Assembly (NCBI GenBank): GCA_023480825.1
Contig: JAMCWQ010000077.1
Coordinates: 1-47,088 of the forward strand
Reading direction: 5' to 3'
Source: Chloroflexota bacterium
Lineage (GTDB): Bacteria; Chloroflexota; Chloroflexia; JAMCWQ01
Length of the DNA: 47,088 nucleotides
Below the pieces are notes generated by a model. It saw only the letters and a program-made list of their open reading frames with translations, made no database searches and was not told the origin of the DNA. Position numbers and translations under genes: made by a program. Below, piece by piece: positions 23,747 to 33,921 of this stretch (positions are counted from its first letter, which is position 1; every line of letters begins with the position of its first letter).

Positions 23747-24424
23747 ATGGCGGGAAATGCGAATGTGGTTACAATCGAGGAAATTCGGAAGAACGAAGAA
23801 GTTCAAGCCTTCATTAGCAAGGCGAATGAGTTTCTCAGCCAGCTGGGCTATACCGAGCACGGCTTTCGGCATGCCAGCCTTGTGGCGGACATCGCCGGCA
23901 ATGTGTTGGAGCGCCTGCAGTACCCGGAGCAATCCATTAGGTTGGCGGGAATAGCGGGCTACATGCACGATATCGGCAACGTCATAGGACGGCGCGACCA
24001 CGGAGTGGCGAGTGCTATACTGGCGCACAACATTTTGAGAAATCTTGGAATGCCCACTGAGGACATCGCCGAAGTGATGGGCGCAGTCGGCAGCCATGAG
24101 GAAGAGCTGGGAGAGCCGGTCAGCGTCGTCTCGGCGGCAGTGATCCTTGCGGACAAGTCCGACGTTCACAAGAGCCGGGTCCGTAATCCAGATCCGCTGA
24201 AGTTCGATATACATGACCGGGTCAACTTTGCTTCTCAGTATTCCTTCCTTCGGGTTGACGGCGAGCAGAAGACCATCTCTTTGGAGGTGGAGATCGACAC
24301 CAAGCAATCTTCAGTGATGGAATACTTTGAAATATTCCTTCCGCGAATGATCATGAGCAGGAGGGCTGCCGAGTTCCTTGGCTGCCGTTTCCATCTGATC
24401 ATCAACAAGAACCGGCTATTCTAG
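23747..24424 (+). CDS. HD domain-containing phosphohydrolase
   Basis: GYTEHGFRH, MHDIGN, ADKSDVH and DIHDRVN. Confidence 0.88.
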   Translation: MAGNANVVTIEEIRKNEEVQAFISKANEFLSQLGYTEHGFRHASLVADIAGNVLERLQYPEQSIRLAGIAGYMHDIGNVIGRRDHGVASAILAHNILRNLGMPTEDIAEVMGAVGSHEEELGEPVSVVSAAVILADKSDVHKSRVRNPDPLKFDIHDRVNFASQYSFLRVDGEQKTISLEVEIDTKQSSVMEYFEIFLPRMIMSRRAAEFLGCRFHLIINKNRLF

Positions 24425-24432
24425 GTTAGGCA

Positions 24433-25543
24433 TTGGAAGCTAGATTCTGGCGGAACTTCGACCTGATTCTCCTCACAACCACCGTTGTCCTTCTGATTTT
24501 CGGCGTGGCGATGGTACAGAGCGCTACCCTGCGAACCGGGACAAGCTGGCCTTCGCTCGATAGCCTGGCAATGCGGCAGGCCATCTTTGCGGTGGTTGGG
24601 ATCGGGGCAATGTTCCTGCTGGCACGCATTGACTACCGTTTCTTGGAAACCTTCACCGTCCCTCTGTATATCTTCATCATTGTGCTTTTGGGAGTAGTCT
24701 TCGCGATTGGCCACACGTCATTCGGTGCTCAGCGCTGGATCGATACCGGGCTCGTGACTCTTCAGCCTTCCGAACTGGCCAAACTGATCGTCATACTCGT
24801 TCTGGCAAAGTTCTTTTCCGACCATGAGGGGAAGATGGGGAACCCCTTGAATATTCTCCTGGCCATTGTCTACACGGCGATTCCTCTCGGGCTCATATAC
24901 TTGCAGCCCGACCTCGGCACTTCGCTGGTGGTAGTTGCGATATGGCTGGGAATGATAATTGTAATAGGCACTCCCATCATCTACTTCATCATTGGCATCG
25001 CTGTTAGCGTGCCGACGACCATCCTTGCCTGGCAGTTCCTGCTCCAAGACTATATGCGTCAGCGGTTCCTCATCTTTCTCAATCCGGAAAGCGACCCGCT
25101 TGGACAGGGGTACAACATTCTTCAGGCACGAATTAGTATCGGCGCGGGGGGATGGTTCGGGCAAGGCTACGGAAGCGGAATCCAGAGCCAGTTGCACTAC
25201 TTGCGCGTGACCCAGTCCGATTTCATCTTCTCCGTTGTGGGTGAGGAGTTTGGCTTCTTCGGAGCGCTGGCCATTATGCCTTCTTCTCTTAGTCGTGGTG
25301 TGGCGCATCCTACGTGTGTCCAGCATTGCCGGGGATACCTATGGCAAGATGATAGCCGCCGGAGTAGCATCGATGCTTCTCTTTCAAGTCTTCATCAACG
25401 CCGGCATGAATTTGGGCATTATGCCGGTGACCGGCATCCCTCTGCCATTCATCAGCGCCGGTGGGAGCTCTCTGGTGACTATCCTTGCCTGCCTGGGGAT
25501 AGTGCAGAGCATAGCCATGAGGCATTCGAAGAGCCTATTCTAA
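24433..25543 (+). pseudogene. rodA: Rod shape-determining protein RodA (SEDS) with a frameshift near 25270-25280 (real pseudogene or sequencing error)
   Basis: GAQRWI, QPSELAK, QPDLGT and DFIFSVVGEEFG are in one frame. The C-terminus (NAGMNLGIMPVTGIPLPFISAGGSS) is in another frame (ORF 25235..25543). Confidence 0.85.
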
Positions 25544-25737
25544 GCCGCATTGCGCCCGCAAATCTTGCCGCGATACGGATGCCTCTGGTATACTGGCAGA
25601 TAGTCCTGCAGAATCGGCGGTCCGCGGCAGATGGCCAGTCTCACCCATTTCTTTAGGCCGGAGTGCCTCCGTTGGATGTTCCGCAGATATCGCTGCCGCA
25701 GGCAAAGTGCGTAGGGTTTGATTAGGGGTGGATCAGA

Positions 25738-26052
25738 GTGAAACTAACCAGGGAGCAGGTGGAACACCTAGCCTATTTAATCCGGCTAGGATTGACCGAC
25801 CAAGAGGTTGAGCAACTGCAAGAGCAGTTGTCTTCGATTCTCGGATACTTCGAGATGCTGCAAGAATTGGATACCGAGTCCATACCGCCTACCGCCAGGG
25901 TTATCTCATTGGAGAACGTGATGCGGCCTGATTCGGTGGATTCTTCCATGCCGGTTGAAGAGGTGCTGGCTAATGCACCGGACCGGGAGGATGATTACTT
26001 CAAGGTACGGGCCGTGTTGGATACCGGGTCTGCAGATGTCTTCGAAGTCTAA
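25738..26052 (+). CDS. gatC: Asp/Glu-tRNA amidotransferase subunit C
   Basis: [12 protein letters not shown]...LANAP..EDDYFKV. Confidence 0.93.
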   Translation: MKLTREQVEHLAYLIRLGLTDQEVEQLQEQLSSILGYFEMLQELDTESIPPTARVISLENVMRPDSVDSSMPVEEVLANAPDREDDYFKVRAVLDTGSADVFEV

Positions 26053-26070
26053 AGGTAGGAGGCGCGGGCT

Positions 26071-27540
26071 GTGAATCTACACGATTTGACCGTCTCCGAG
26101 GCGGTCAGACTGCTGCGGGAACGTTCGCTCTCCTCTGTTGAACTTACGGGTGCACTTCTGCAGAGAATCGAGAGTGTCGACACTCAGGTCAAGGCCTTTC
26201 TGACGCTGATGGCGGATGAGGCTTTGCTGCAAGCGGAATTGGCCGATGAGGCGCTAGCCTCTGGCGAAGGCGGGTTGCTCACAGGAATTCCTGTGGCAAT
26301 CAAAGACGTGATCTCGATAAAGGGAACCCGGACAACTTGTGGCTCCCGGATTCTGGAGAACTACATCCCTCCATTCGATGCCACGGTAGTCTGCCGGCTG
26401 CGGGAAGCGGGCGCCATCTTCGTCGGCAAGACGAATACGGACGAGTTCGCCATGGGGTCCTCCACGGAGAACTCCGCCTACTTCACGACTCATAATCCCT
26501 GGGATTTGGGCAGGGTTCCCGGTGGGAGTAGTGGTGGATCGGCATCAGCGGTGGCCGCCGGGGAGGCACTTGCCGCTCTGGGGTCCGATACCGGTGGGAG
26601 TGTACGCCAGCCGGCTGCCTTCTGCGGCGTTGTCGGGTTAAAGCCGACCTATGGCCGCGTTTCCAGGTATGGTCTGGTAGCATTTGCCAGTTCTCTTGAC
26701 CAGATCGGTCCTTTCACGAGGACCGTCGAGGACACCGCCCTCATTTTGCAGTGCATATCCGGCCAGGATCCCGATGATTCAACGTCAATCGGTGTGCCGG
26801 TACCGGATTACGTGGCCGAGATACGTAAGGACGTGAAGGGTCTGCGAGTAGGCATCCCCAAGGAGTATTTCGTCGAGGGCATCGAACCTGGCGTTGAGAA
26901 GACGGTTCGGGAGGCAATAGGCCAACTCCAGGACCTTGGGATGGTGCTTGAAGAGGTATCCTTGCCTCACACGAAGTATGCTCTGCCCACCTACTACCTT
27001 ATTGCGCCGGCTGAGGCAAGCTCCAATCTGGCCCGTTATGATGGTGTGAAATACGGCCTTTCGGCGCCGGATGCTACCACCCTGTGGGAGTCATACATGA
27101 GGACCAGGGAGCGCGGGTTTGGCCCGGAGGTCAAGCGCCGGATCATGCTTGGCACCTATGCGCTCAGCTCCGGATACTATGATGCGTACTACCTGAAGGC
27201 ACAAAAGGTTCGCACGCTGATGAAACAGGATTTCGATGCGGTATTCGAGCGTTGCGACGTGATAGCCGCACCGGCAACTCCCACCGTCCCCTTCCGGATT
27301 GGGGAGCGGGTCGCTGATCCGATTCAGATGTACTTATCGGACATGTTCACCATACCGGCCAACATGGCGGGGTTGCCGGCGTTGTCGGTGCCTTGCGGTT
27401 TCATCGATGGCCTTCCTATTGGCCTGCAAGTCATTGGAAAAGCCTTCGACGAATCCACCGCTTTGCGGGTAGCCTACGCCTACGAGCAGAGCACGGATTG
27501 GCATAAGCGAAGGCCGCCACTTGGAGAAGTTGCGGACTGA
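26071..27540 (+). CDS. gatA: Asp/Glu-tRNA amidotransferase subunit A
   Basis: Amidase signature PGGSSGGS...[11 protein letters not shown], plus SSNLARYDG and EVKRRIMLG. Confidence 0.97.
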   Translation: MNLHDLTVSEAVRLLRERSLSSVELTGALLQRIESVDTQVKAFLTLMADEALLQAELADEALASGEGGLLTGIPVAIKDVISIKGTRTTCGSRILENYIPPFDATVVCRLREAGAIFVGKTNTDEFAMGSSTENSAYFTTHNPWDLGRVPGGSSGGSASAVAAGEALAALGSDTGGSVRQPAAFCGVVGLKPTYGRVSRYGLVAFASSLDQIGPFTRTVEDTALILQCISGQDPDDSTSIGVPVPDYVAEIRKDVKGLRVGIPKEYFVEGIEPGVEKTVREAIGQLQDLGMVLEEVSLPHTKYALPTYYLIAPAEASSNLARYDGVKYGLSAPDATTLWESYMRTRERGFGPEVKRRIMLGTYALSSGYYDAYYLKAQKVRTLMKQDFDAVFERCDVIAAPATPTVPFRIGERVADPIQMYLSDMFTIPANMAGLPALSVPCGFIDGLPIGLQVIGKAFDESTALRVAYAYEQSTDWHKRRPPLGEVAD

Positions 27541-27570
27541 AGTCTGCTCAGCGCTTGCCGGGAGCATCTG

Positions 27571-27852
27571 GTGGAGGTGCCAACAATCGACGAAGAGCGG
27601 GTTTCTGTGGAGTGTTACTCGGGCTCTGCCTATGCAGAGCGGCCGGTGTCCTTTATGGTGGGGAGTGAGTGCCATGCCGTCAAGAGGATTACTAAGTACT
27701 GGCGAGAACCCGGATTGCTTGGTTTCTCAGTGATTTCGCAGCAAGGCGGGAGCTACCATCTCGTCTATTATGAGCAACTTGACACTTGGGTATTGAGGCG
27801 GCGCAGAAGGGGTGTGAATCGCTCCGGAGATGGCGCCCAGCCGGAAGAGTAA
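27571..27852 (+). CDS. Small conserved hypothetical protein (VECYSG..ERP family)
   Basis: 93-aa ORF fills the gap between gatA and the divIC-like gene. Confidence 0.65.
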   Translation: MEVPTIDEERVSVECYSGSAYAERPVSFMVGSECHAVKRITKYWREPGLLGFSVISQQGGSYHLVYYEQLDTWVLRRRRRGVNRSGDGAQPEE

Positions 27853-27864
27853 CCGGGAGCGGAT

Positions 27865-28269
27865 ATGAGAAAACCGGAATTCCTTAGCAGACGCTCATAT
27901 GCACTTGTACTTCTGCCGGTTGCCGTGGTAGCAGTCTACTTCGCCTACGCCTTCTTGGGCCAGATGATCAAAGGTCGAGAGTTGGCCCAGGAAGTCCAGT
28001 CGCAGGTGGAGACCAACAGAAGTCTTCAACAGAAGCAGGTGGAGTTGAAAGCCAAGCTCCAGTACTATGAGTCGGGCGGCTACGAAGTCATGGCGGAAAA
28101 GCGGGCGCGAGAGGAGCTAAACATGGCTCGCGAGGGTGACATCGTGCTTCTGCCGGTGTACTCGGACACAGTGAGCGCCTCCGGCCAGACCGCTGAGCCC
28201 TCCGCTACTGCCAGTCCGGCGGCCAAGGAGTCCTTATTCGATAGGCTGGCGCATCTGTTTCAGCCTTGA
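27865..28269 (+). CDS. Septum formation initiator, FtsB/DivIC family
   Basis: N-terminal TM, coiled coil and the EKRAREELNMAREGD motif. Confidence 0.85.
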   Translation: MRKPEFLSRRSYALVLLPVAVVAVYFAYAFLGQMIKGRELAQEVQSQVETNRSLQQKQVELKAKLQYYESGGYEVMAEKRAREELNMAREGDIVLLPVYSDTVSASGQTAEPSATASPAAKESLFDRLAHLFQP

Positions 28270-28294
28270 CAAGGCGAATGGAAACTAGTATACT
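28266..28294 (+). promoter_or_regulatory. sigma70 promoter of the tRNA pair
   Basis: TTGACA-17 nt-TATACT. Confidence 0.8.
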
Positions 28295-28333
28295 CTCTTT
28301 GCCAGAACGGAAAGGCCTCACTGAGATAAGCGA

Positions 28334-28408
28334 CGCGGGGTGGAGCAGTGGCAGCTCGTCGGGCTCATAACCCGAAGGTCGGTGGTTCGAATCCACCCCC
28401 CGCTACCA
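28334..28408 (+). tRNA. tRNA-fMet (initiator, CAT)
   Basis: CGCGGGG acceptor with unpaired C1, GGG-CTCATAA-CCC anticodon arm, GGTTCGAATCC and encoded CCA. Confidence 0.95.
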
Positions 28409-28441
28409 GTGACGGCGATCCATCAGAGAGGCCTTCTCGAT

Positions 28442-28516
28442 GGCGGTGTAGCTCAGAGGTAGAGCAGGGGACTCATAAGCCCTTGGCCGTAGGTTCGAAT
28501 CCTACCTCCGCCACCA
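28442..28516 (+). tRNA. tRNA with CAT anticodon, probably elongator tRNA-Met (tRNA-Ile2 not excluded)
   Basis: GGCGGTG acceptor stem, CTCATAA loop, GGTTCGAATCC and encoded CCA. Confidence 0.9.
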
Positions 28517-28552
28517 TTAGGATTAGAATCAACTGGTTGGTGACCAACGTGT

Positions 28553-28585
28553 AGTGGCAAGTGACATGCTTTGCCACTCTTTTTT
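28553..28585 (+). terminator. Terminator after the tRNA pair
   Basis: AGTGGCAA...TTGCCACT stem followed by CTTTTTT. Confidence 0.75.
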
Positions 28586-28595
28586 ATTTGGGAAA

Positions 28596-30167
28596 ATGTT
28601 GATAGACAGAGTTGGCGAGTTTATAGAGTCCCACGGGTTGTGGTCACCCGGCGAAGTGCTTGTCGTGGGAGTGTCCGGCGGTCCTGACTCATTGGCCTTG
28701 CTGGATATTGTTCGCCGCCTGCAATCCCCCGGTAGTTCGGCTGTTCACGTTGCCCACCTCAACCACATGATACGAGGAGAGCGCGCGGCGGAAGAGGCCG
28801 AGTACGTGCGGCATTGGGCCTCGGAGTGGGAGCTGCCGTTTCATTCCGGCGCCGTGGATGTCCCCGCCTATTCGGAACGTACGGGCATGTCGCTGGAGGA
28901 GGCGGGCCGGCAAGCCCGTTATGCATTTCTGTTTAGCGTCGGCAGCGTGGTGGGCGCCGCGGCGGTGGCTGTGGGCCACAATGCCGATGATCAGGTTGAG
29001 ACAATCGCCATGCATTGGATCCGGGGAGCAGCTTTGGCTGGCCTAAGAGGTATGCGTCCGCTCACTTGCCTCAAGCCAAACCTCTTGCAGCCGGGCTGCC
29101 CGTTTGTCGATTGCTATTCGGGTGCAGAGTACCCTCTCGTGGTGCACGAAGATCCTGCCGAGGGCCGGGTCTTTTTGGCGGCGAGCCCTCGACTCCGGCT
29201 GATTCGCCCGCTGCTGGGTACCTTTCGGGCAGACATCGAGTCCTACTGTTCTGAAGCGGGTCTCAAGCCACTAACCGATATGTCCAACCTGAGCCCGGAA
29301 TTCTTCCGAAACCGCTTGCGAATGGAGCTTGTACCGCTCTTGTGCGGCTACAACCCCCGCTTCAAAGAGCTGGCATTGCGTTCCGCGGATGCCCTCGCAG
29401 ACGATTACGATTATTTATTGGGCGAGGTCGCGACATTGTGGCAGGAACTGGCAGAGGTGCACGGGCGGTTCGTCCGGTTCCCTTTGGATCGTTTGAATGC
29501 TCTGCCCGTTGTCTCCAAGCGTTACCTCCTGAGAGAGGCAACCCGTTGCCTTGCTGGAACCGCCCGGGATATCGAATGGAAACATGTAGCGGAGATGTTG
29601 GATACTATGGAAAGGCGGCCAGTGGGCTCACTCGTGGACATGCCTCAGGGGCTGGCAATGATCAAGGAGTACGGCTCCGTGGCTATCGGCTTCGGCGCCG
29701 ACTTGTTGGAAGCCCTACGTGGTGCTGCCGGTATCCCGCTGCTGGAAATTGGTGAGCCCGTGAAGGTGGCCGCCGGTGGCGCGATCTGCTGGGGCGACCG
29801 GGAATGGGTGATTCAGACGGAAATCCACGATTTGGCGCCCGGGCAACAGTACCCGCTGGCACAAGCATCGCGTTGGGAAGCCAGCTTCGACTATGACTTG
29901 ACGGGCAATGATGTGGTTCTTCGCCGCAGAAGACCTGGTGACAGGTTTCGCCCTCTGGGCATGAGTGGCGCCAAGAGCTTGCAGGATTTCATGACCGACA
30001 GCAAAATAGAGTCCTGGTTACGTGACTATGTTCCACTGCTAGTCGCCCACGGCGACATCGCCTGGGTGGTTGGCTGGAGAGTTGATGACAGATTCAAGGT
30101 CGGTGCCGGCACCAAGCGAATTCTTCATGTGTCGTTTAGGAGAACCGGCGATTGCGGGCGCGACTGA
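28596..30167 (+). CDS. tilS: tRNA(Ile)-lysidine synthetase
   Basis: SGGPDS PP-loop, HNADDQVET, LIRPLL, RNRLR and C-terminal RRRRPGDRF...WVVG; tilS-hpt-ftsH context. Confidence 0.95.
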   Translation: MLIDRVGEFIESHGLWSPGEVLVVGVSGGPDSLALLDIVRRLQSPGSSAVHVAHLNHMIRGERAAEEAEYVRHWASEWELPFHSGAVDVPAYSERTGMSLEEAGRQARYAFLFSVGSVVGAAAVAVGHNADDQVETIAMHWIRGAALAGLRGMRPLTCLKPNLLQPGCPFVDCYSGAEYPLVVHEDPAEGRVFLAASPRLRLIRPLLGTFRADIESYCSEAGLKPLTDMSNLSPEFFRNRLRMELVPLLCGYNPRFKELALRSADALADDYDYLLGEVATLWQELAEVHGRFVRFPLDRLNALPVVSKRYLLREATRCLAGTARDIEWKHVAEMLDTMERRPVGSLVDMPQGLAMIKEYGSVAIGFGADLLEALRGAAGIPLLEIGEPVKVAAGGAICWGDREWVIQTEIHDLAPGQQYPLAQASRWEASFDYDLTGNDVVLRRRRPGDRFRPLGMSGAKSLQDFMTDSKIESWLRDYVPLLVAHGDIAWVVGWRVDDRFKVGAGTKRILHVSFRRTGDCGRD

Positions 30168-30200
30168 GCCCGAATTTGCCGGGAGAAAGGATGAGCCGGT

Positions 30201-30737
30201 TTGTTTGAGGATGTCGAGCGGGTGCTGATCAGTGAGGAAGAGATACAGCAGAAGATCAAGGAACTTGCTGTACTGATCACGGAAGATCATAGAGGCAAAG
30301 ACCTATTGCTGGTGGGCGTGCTAAGAGGAGCTTTGGTCTTCATGGTGGACCTGGCCCGGGCAATTGAGCTCCCGCTCTCTATGGACTTCATGGCGGTCTC
30401 CAGCTATGGGGCCAGCACGGAGAGCAGTGGGGTGGTGCGCATCACCAAGGACCTCGAGATGAGCATCGAAGGCAAACACGTGCTCATCGTGGAGGATATC
30501 ATCGATAGCGGGCTTACGCTGGCATACATTTTGGAAGGGTTGAAAGCGCGCAACCCCGCCAGTCTGAGAGTCTGCGCTCTTTTGGATAAGGAGGACCGCC
30601 GGAAAGTGGCGCTACCGGTGGACTACACGGGCTTCGTTATTCCGGATGAGTTTGTGGTGGGCTATGGGTTGGACTACCGGCAGCGATACCGCAACCTGCG
30701 CTGTATTGCTGTACTGAAGCCGGAAGCCTACCTCTGA
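30201..30737 (+). CDS. hpt: Hypoxanthine phosphoribosyltransferase
   Basis: VLIVEDIIDSGLT PRPP motif and FVVGYGLDY. Confidence 0.96.
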   Translation: MFEDVERVLISEEEIQQKIKELAVLITEDHRGKDLLLVGVLRGALVFMVDLARAIELPLSMDFMAVSSYGASTESSGVVRITKDLEMSIEGKHVLIVEDIIDSGLTLAYILEGLKARNPASLRVCALLDKEDRRKVALPVDYTGFVIPDEFVVGYGLDYRQRYRNLRCIAVLKPEAYL

Positions 30738-30888
30738 TGTATCCTCATGCCTGGACCGGCAAGCCGGACTCGCGAATTGGCTAGCAGGTTGAATTCCTGG
30801 TATAATTCGCTAAAAGGGGCTGGAAGGACCCCAGCAATTCGCGGCTGTGTTCTTGCACCCCGGGGCTCTATTCTACCCGGAGGACTTC

Positions 30889-32844
30889 ATGGGCGATAAC
30901 AAGTGGCTCAGGAACAGCTTTGTTTACCTGATTATCATGGTGGCTGTCCTGGCCCTCTTTTTCACTTTTCTCAACCCGCCGAATACGGGCACGAAAGAAG
31001 TAGACATCACGCGGGTCATCGAAGACGCGCGCAGTGGCCTGGTGGCGCGGATAATCGTTCCCGAGGACGGAAACACTCTGACTGTCAAGTACAAGGACGG
31101 TCAAGAGGTAACATCCCGCAAGGAGTCCGCGGATACAGTCAGCCAGCTACTCGCCGATGCCGGCGTGTCCCAGCAGAACATGCCGGTGATCGAGGTGCAA
31201 GCGGCGAGCCAGTGGGGCAACTGGCTTAGCACTCTCACGTTTATACTCCCAAGCATATTCCTGATCGGCATATTCTTCTTCATGATGAGGCAAGCTCAAA
31301 GTGGCAACAACCAGGCGCTCTCTTTCGGTAAGAGCAGGGCACGCATGTTCCTCAGCAATAAGCCGAGCATTACCTTTGCCGATGTTGCCGGTGTGGAAGA
31401 GGCGAAAGAAGAGCTTTCGGAAGTTGTCGATTTTCTGAAGTTCCCGGACCGTTTCGCGTCCCTGGGGGCACGAATCCCCCGAGGTGTTCTGCTCGTCGGC
31501 CCTCCGGGCACCGGAAAGACTCTGCTCTCCAAGGCCGTAGCCGGTGAGGCTGGGGTACCCTTCTTCTCCATAAGCGGTTCGGAGTTTGTGGAGATGTTCG
31601 TCGGTGTTGGCGCCTCGCGGGTAAGAGACCTCTTTGAGCAAGCCAAGCGCAACTCGCCCTGCATCGTGTTCGTGGACGAAATCGATGCAGTGGGCAGGCA
31701 GCGAGGGGCCGGCCTCGGCGGGAGCCATGACGAGCGGGAGCAGACTCTTAATCAGATACTCGTCGAAATGGACGGGTTTGACAGCAGCACAAACGTTATT
31801 GTCATCGCTGCTACTAACCGCCCGGACGTGTTGGACCCGGCGCTCCTGCGTCCGGGCCGGTTCGACAGGCAGGTGGTTCTGGACCGCCCGGATATCAAGG
31901 GCCGGGAGGCCATCCTTAAAGTTCACGCCAAGGGTAAGCCCCTTGATTCGAGCGTCGATCTCGGCGTGCTCGCCAAGCAGACACCTGGCTTCTCCGGTGC
32001 AGACCTGGAAAACACCGTGAACGAGGCGGCAATACTCGCGGTGAGGCGGGGCAAGAAATCCATTGCGCTAGACGATCTGGAGGAAGCCATTGACCGGGTT
32101 GTGGCGGGACCGGAGCGCAAGAGCAGGATAATCTCCGACCGGGAAAAGGCTATGACCGCCTATCACGAAGTTGGCCACGCTCTGGTCGCGAGAATGCTGC
32201 CCAACGCCGACCCGGTGCACAAGATCTCCATAATCGCTCGCGGAATGATGGGCGGTTACACGCGGCTGCTGCCGGTCGAGGACCGCTATCTCTGGACCAG
32301 GTCCCAGTTCATGGACATGCTGGCGACGGCTTTAGGTGGCCATGTGGCCGAAGAATTGGTCTTCAACGAGATGACGACTGGGCCGGGGAATGACATCGAG
32401 CAGGCTACAAACATGGCCCGGAGGATGGTCTGCGAGTACGGCATGAGCAAGAAGCTTGGCCCGGTGGCACTTGGGCGTAAGGAGGAGCTGGTGTTCCTCG
32501 GGCGGGAGATCGCTGACCAGCGCAACTACAGCGACGAGATAGCGTACCAGATCGACCAGGAGATCCGGCAGATAATCGAAGAAGCTTACCAAACAGCCAG
32601 GAAGATTCTGACTGAACATAAGGAGAAGCTGGTAGAGGTGGCGGAGCTACTGATTCAGAAGGAAGTTCTCGAGGGTGAGGATTTCGAGGCGCTTTTTGAT
32701 ATCCCTCGCCCGGAGCCGCAGCATACTCCCCGCCCTGTAATGAGACCGAAGGAGAAGGTGGACGAGTCTCGATCGCGAGAGACAACGGATGGTGTGACGG
32801 AGCCCAGCCCTGGACCTCTCAAAGGGGCGCCTGGCATCGCCTGA
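30889..32844 (+). CDS. ftsH: ATP-dependent zinc metalloprotease FtsH
   Basis: Two TMs, [15 protein letters not shown] and HEVGH. Confidence 0.98.
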   Translation: MGDNKWLRNSFVYLIIMVAVLALFFTFLNPPNTGTKEVDITRVIEDARSGLVARIIVPEDGNTLTVKYKDGQEVTSRKESADTVSQLLADAGVSQQNMPVIEVQAASQWGNWLSTLTFILPSIFLIGIFFFMMRQAQSGNNQALSFGKSRARMFLSNKPSITFADVAGVEEAKEELSEVVDFLKFPDRFASLGARIPRGVLLVGPPGTGKTLLSKAVAGEAGVPFFSISGSEFVEMFVGVGASRVRDLFEQAKRNSPCIVFVDEIDAVGRQRGAGLGGSHDEREQTLNQILVEMDGFDSSTNVIVIAATNRPDVLDPALLRPGRFDRQVVLDRPDIKGREAILKVHAKGKPLDSSVDLGVLAKQTPGFSGADLENTVNEAAILAVRRGKKSIALDDLEEAIDRVVAGPERKSRIISDREKAMTAYHEVGHALVARMLPNADPVHKISIIARGMMGGYTRLLPVEDRYLWTRSQFMDMLATALGGHVAEELVFNEMTTGPGNDIEQATNMARRMVCEYGMSKKLGPVALGRKEELVFLGREIADQRNYSDEIAYQIDQEIRQIIEEAYQTARKILTEHKEKLVEVAELLIQKEVLEGEDFEALFDIPRPEPQHTPRPVMRPKEKVDESRSRETTDGVTEPSPGPLKGAPGIA

Positions 32845-32889
32845 CGGGCGCCAAGGCTGTGAAGTTGGCAGGAATCAGTTTGTGGCATA

Positions 32890-32923
32890 ATGGCAGGTGG
32901 GGTGCCTATCCCACCTGCCATTT
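32890..32923 (+). terminator. Hairpin/terminator after ftsH
   Basis: ATGGCAGGTGGG-8 nt-CCCACCTGCCAT followed by TT. Confidence 0.7.
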
Positions 32924-32940
32924 GCGTCTAGGGGGAGAAC

Positions 32941-33465
32941 TTGGGTATCGCCTGTTTGGGAGAGTGCGAAGTCCACGGCGCCGGGGATTGCCCGAAGCAT
33001 TTGCCTCCGGTGTTCAATCCTACGCCGGCATTCTTGCTTGACATGCTGTTCCCGGCTCACTGCAATCCGGAGTCGTGGAAATGGGAGCAAGTGAGGGCTC
33101 GCCTCGCGTCCCGAATTGACCTTGTCTCCGGCTTCCGGCCGGTCGATATACAGGGGATCGCCGACTACTGGGGACAAAGCGTGGTGGAGTGGATCAAGAG
33201 GCGGGATGCCGGAGCCTTGCATGGCGCCCTACCATGGCCTTCCGGCGTTCGGGCACTCTCTAGCGAGCTCGAACCGCACGAATTCGTTGAGGCGGTGGAG
33301 GCTATCCAGGATAGCCTCGCCGATGCCAGGGACACCGTTGAGGGATTTCGGGGAGAGGGAGCATCCAACTATGGCACCGTGCTGGCACAGATGATCGAAA
33401 TCGGTCACTGTGCCGAGCGCAACTTGAGCCCGCCGCACAAAATAGTCATCGTCTATGGATGGTAG
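32941..33465 (+). CDS. Hypothetical protein
   Basis: 174-aa ORF with TTG start after GGGGGAG; lies in line with the following genes. Confidence 0.65.
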   Translation: MGIACLGECEVHGAGDCPKHLPPVFNPTPAFLLDMLFPAHCNPESWKWEQVRARLASRIDLVSGFRPVDIQGIADYWGQSVVEWIKRRDAGALHGALPWPSGVRALSSELEPHEFVEAVEAIQDSLADARDTVEGFRGEGASNYGTVLAQMIEIGHCAERNLSPPHKIVIVYGW

Positions 33466-33486
33466 GGGAGGAGATCAACCGGCACA

Positions 33487-33921
33487 ATGGATTTCGAGCA
33501 GACAAAGAACTTGGTGGACATTCAGCCATACTACCGGCTGTTGGGTATGACACTGGCGGAGCTTCGACCCGGCTATGCCAGACTGGAGCTGCCGGCCGAG
33601 CGCAAGCTCAGGCAGATGTCCGGCAACGTGCACGGAGGCGCCATCTGTTCCGCCCTCGATTCGGTGGGAGGAATCTCCGTGTACTCCCTGCTGGATCAGC
33701 CAATGAAGATTGTGACCATCGAGATGAGCGTCAATTTCATTGCCGCTATCTCCAATGGGTTGGTGCAATGCGAAGGCCACATCGTCCACAAGGGACGGAC
33801 AACCGCGGTGTCACGAGTGGAGGCCAAGAGCGGAGATGGCCGGCTGATGGCCATCGGGCTCTGTACGTACATGGTCCTCGACGAGCCTATCCTCGCCGGG
33901 AATGAGGAGCAACCAGAATGA
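33487..33921 (+). CDS. PaaI family thioesterase (hot-dog fold)
   Basis: GNVHGGAICSALD, TIEMSVNFI and HKGRT. Confidence 0.9.
   Translation: MDFEQTKNLVDIQPYYRLLGMTLAELRPGYARLELPAERKLRQMSGNVHGGAICSALDSVGGISVYSLLDQPMKIVTIEMSVNFIAAISNGLVQCEGHIVHKGRTTAVSRVEAKSGDGRLMAIGLCTYMVLDEPILAGNEEQPE

Noticed and set aside
25280-25656. C-terminus of the 407-aa rodA ORF as real protein
   Set aside because: It is out-of-frame sequence after the frameshift; the true RodA C-terminus is in the 25235..25543 frame.
28205-28554. ORFs 28205..28396, 28348..28554 and 37707..37889
   Set aside because: They overlap tRNA genes and are spurious translations.
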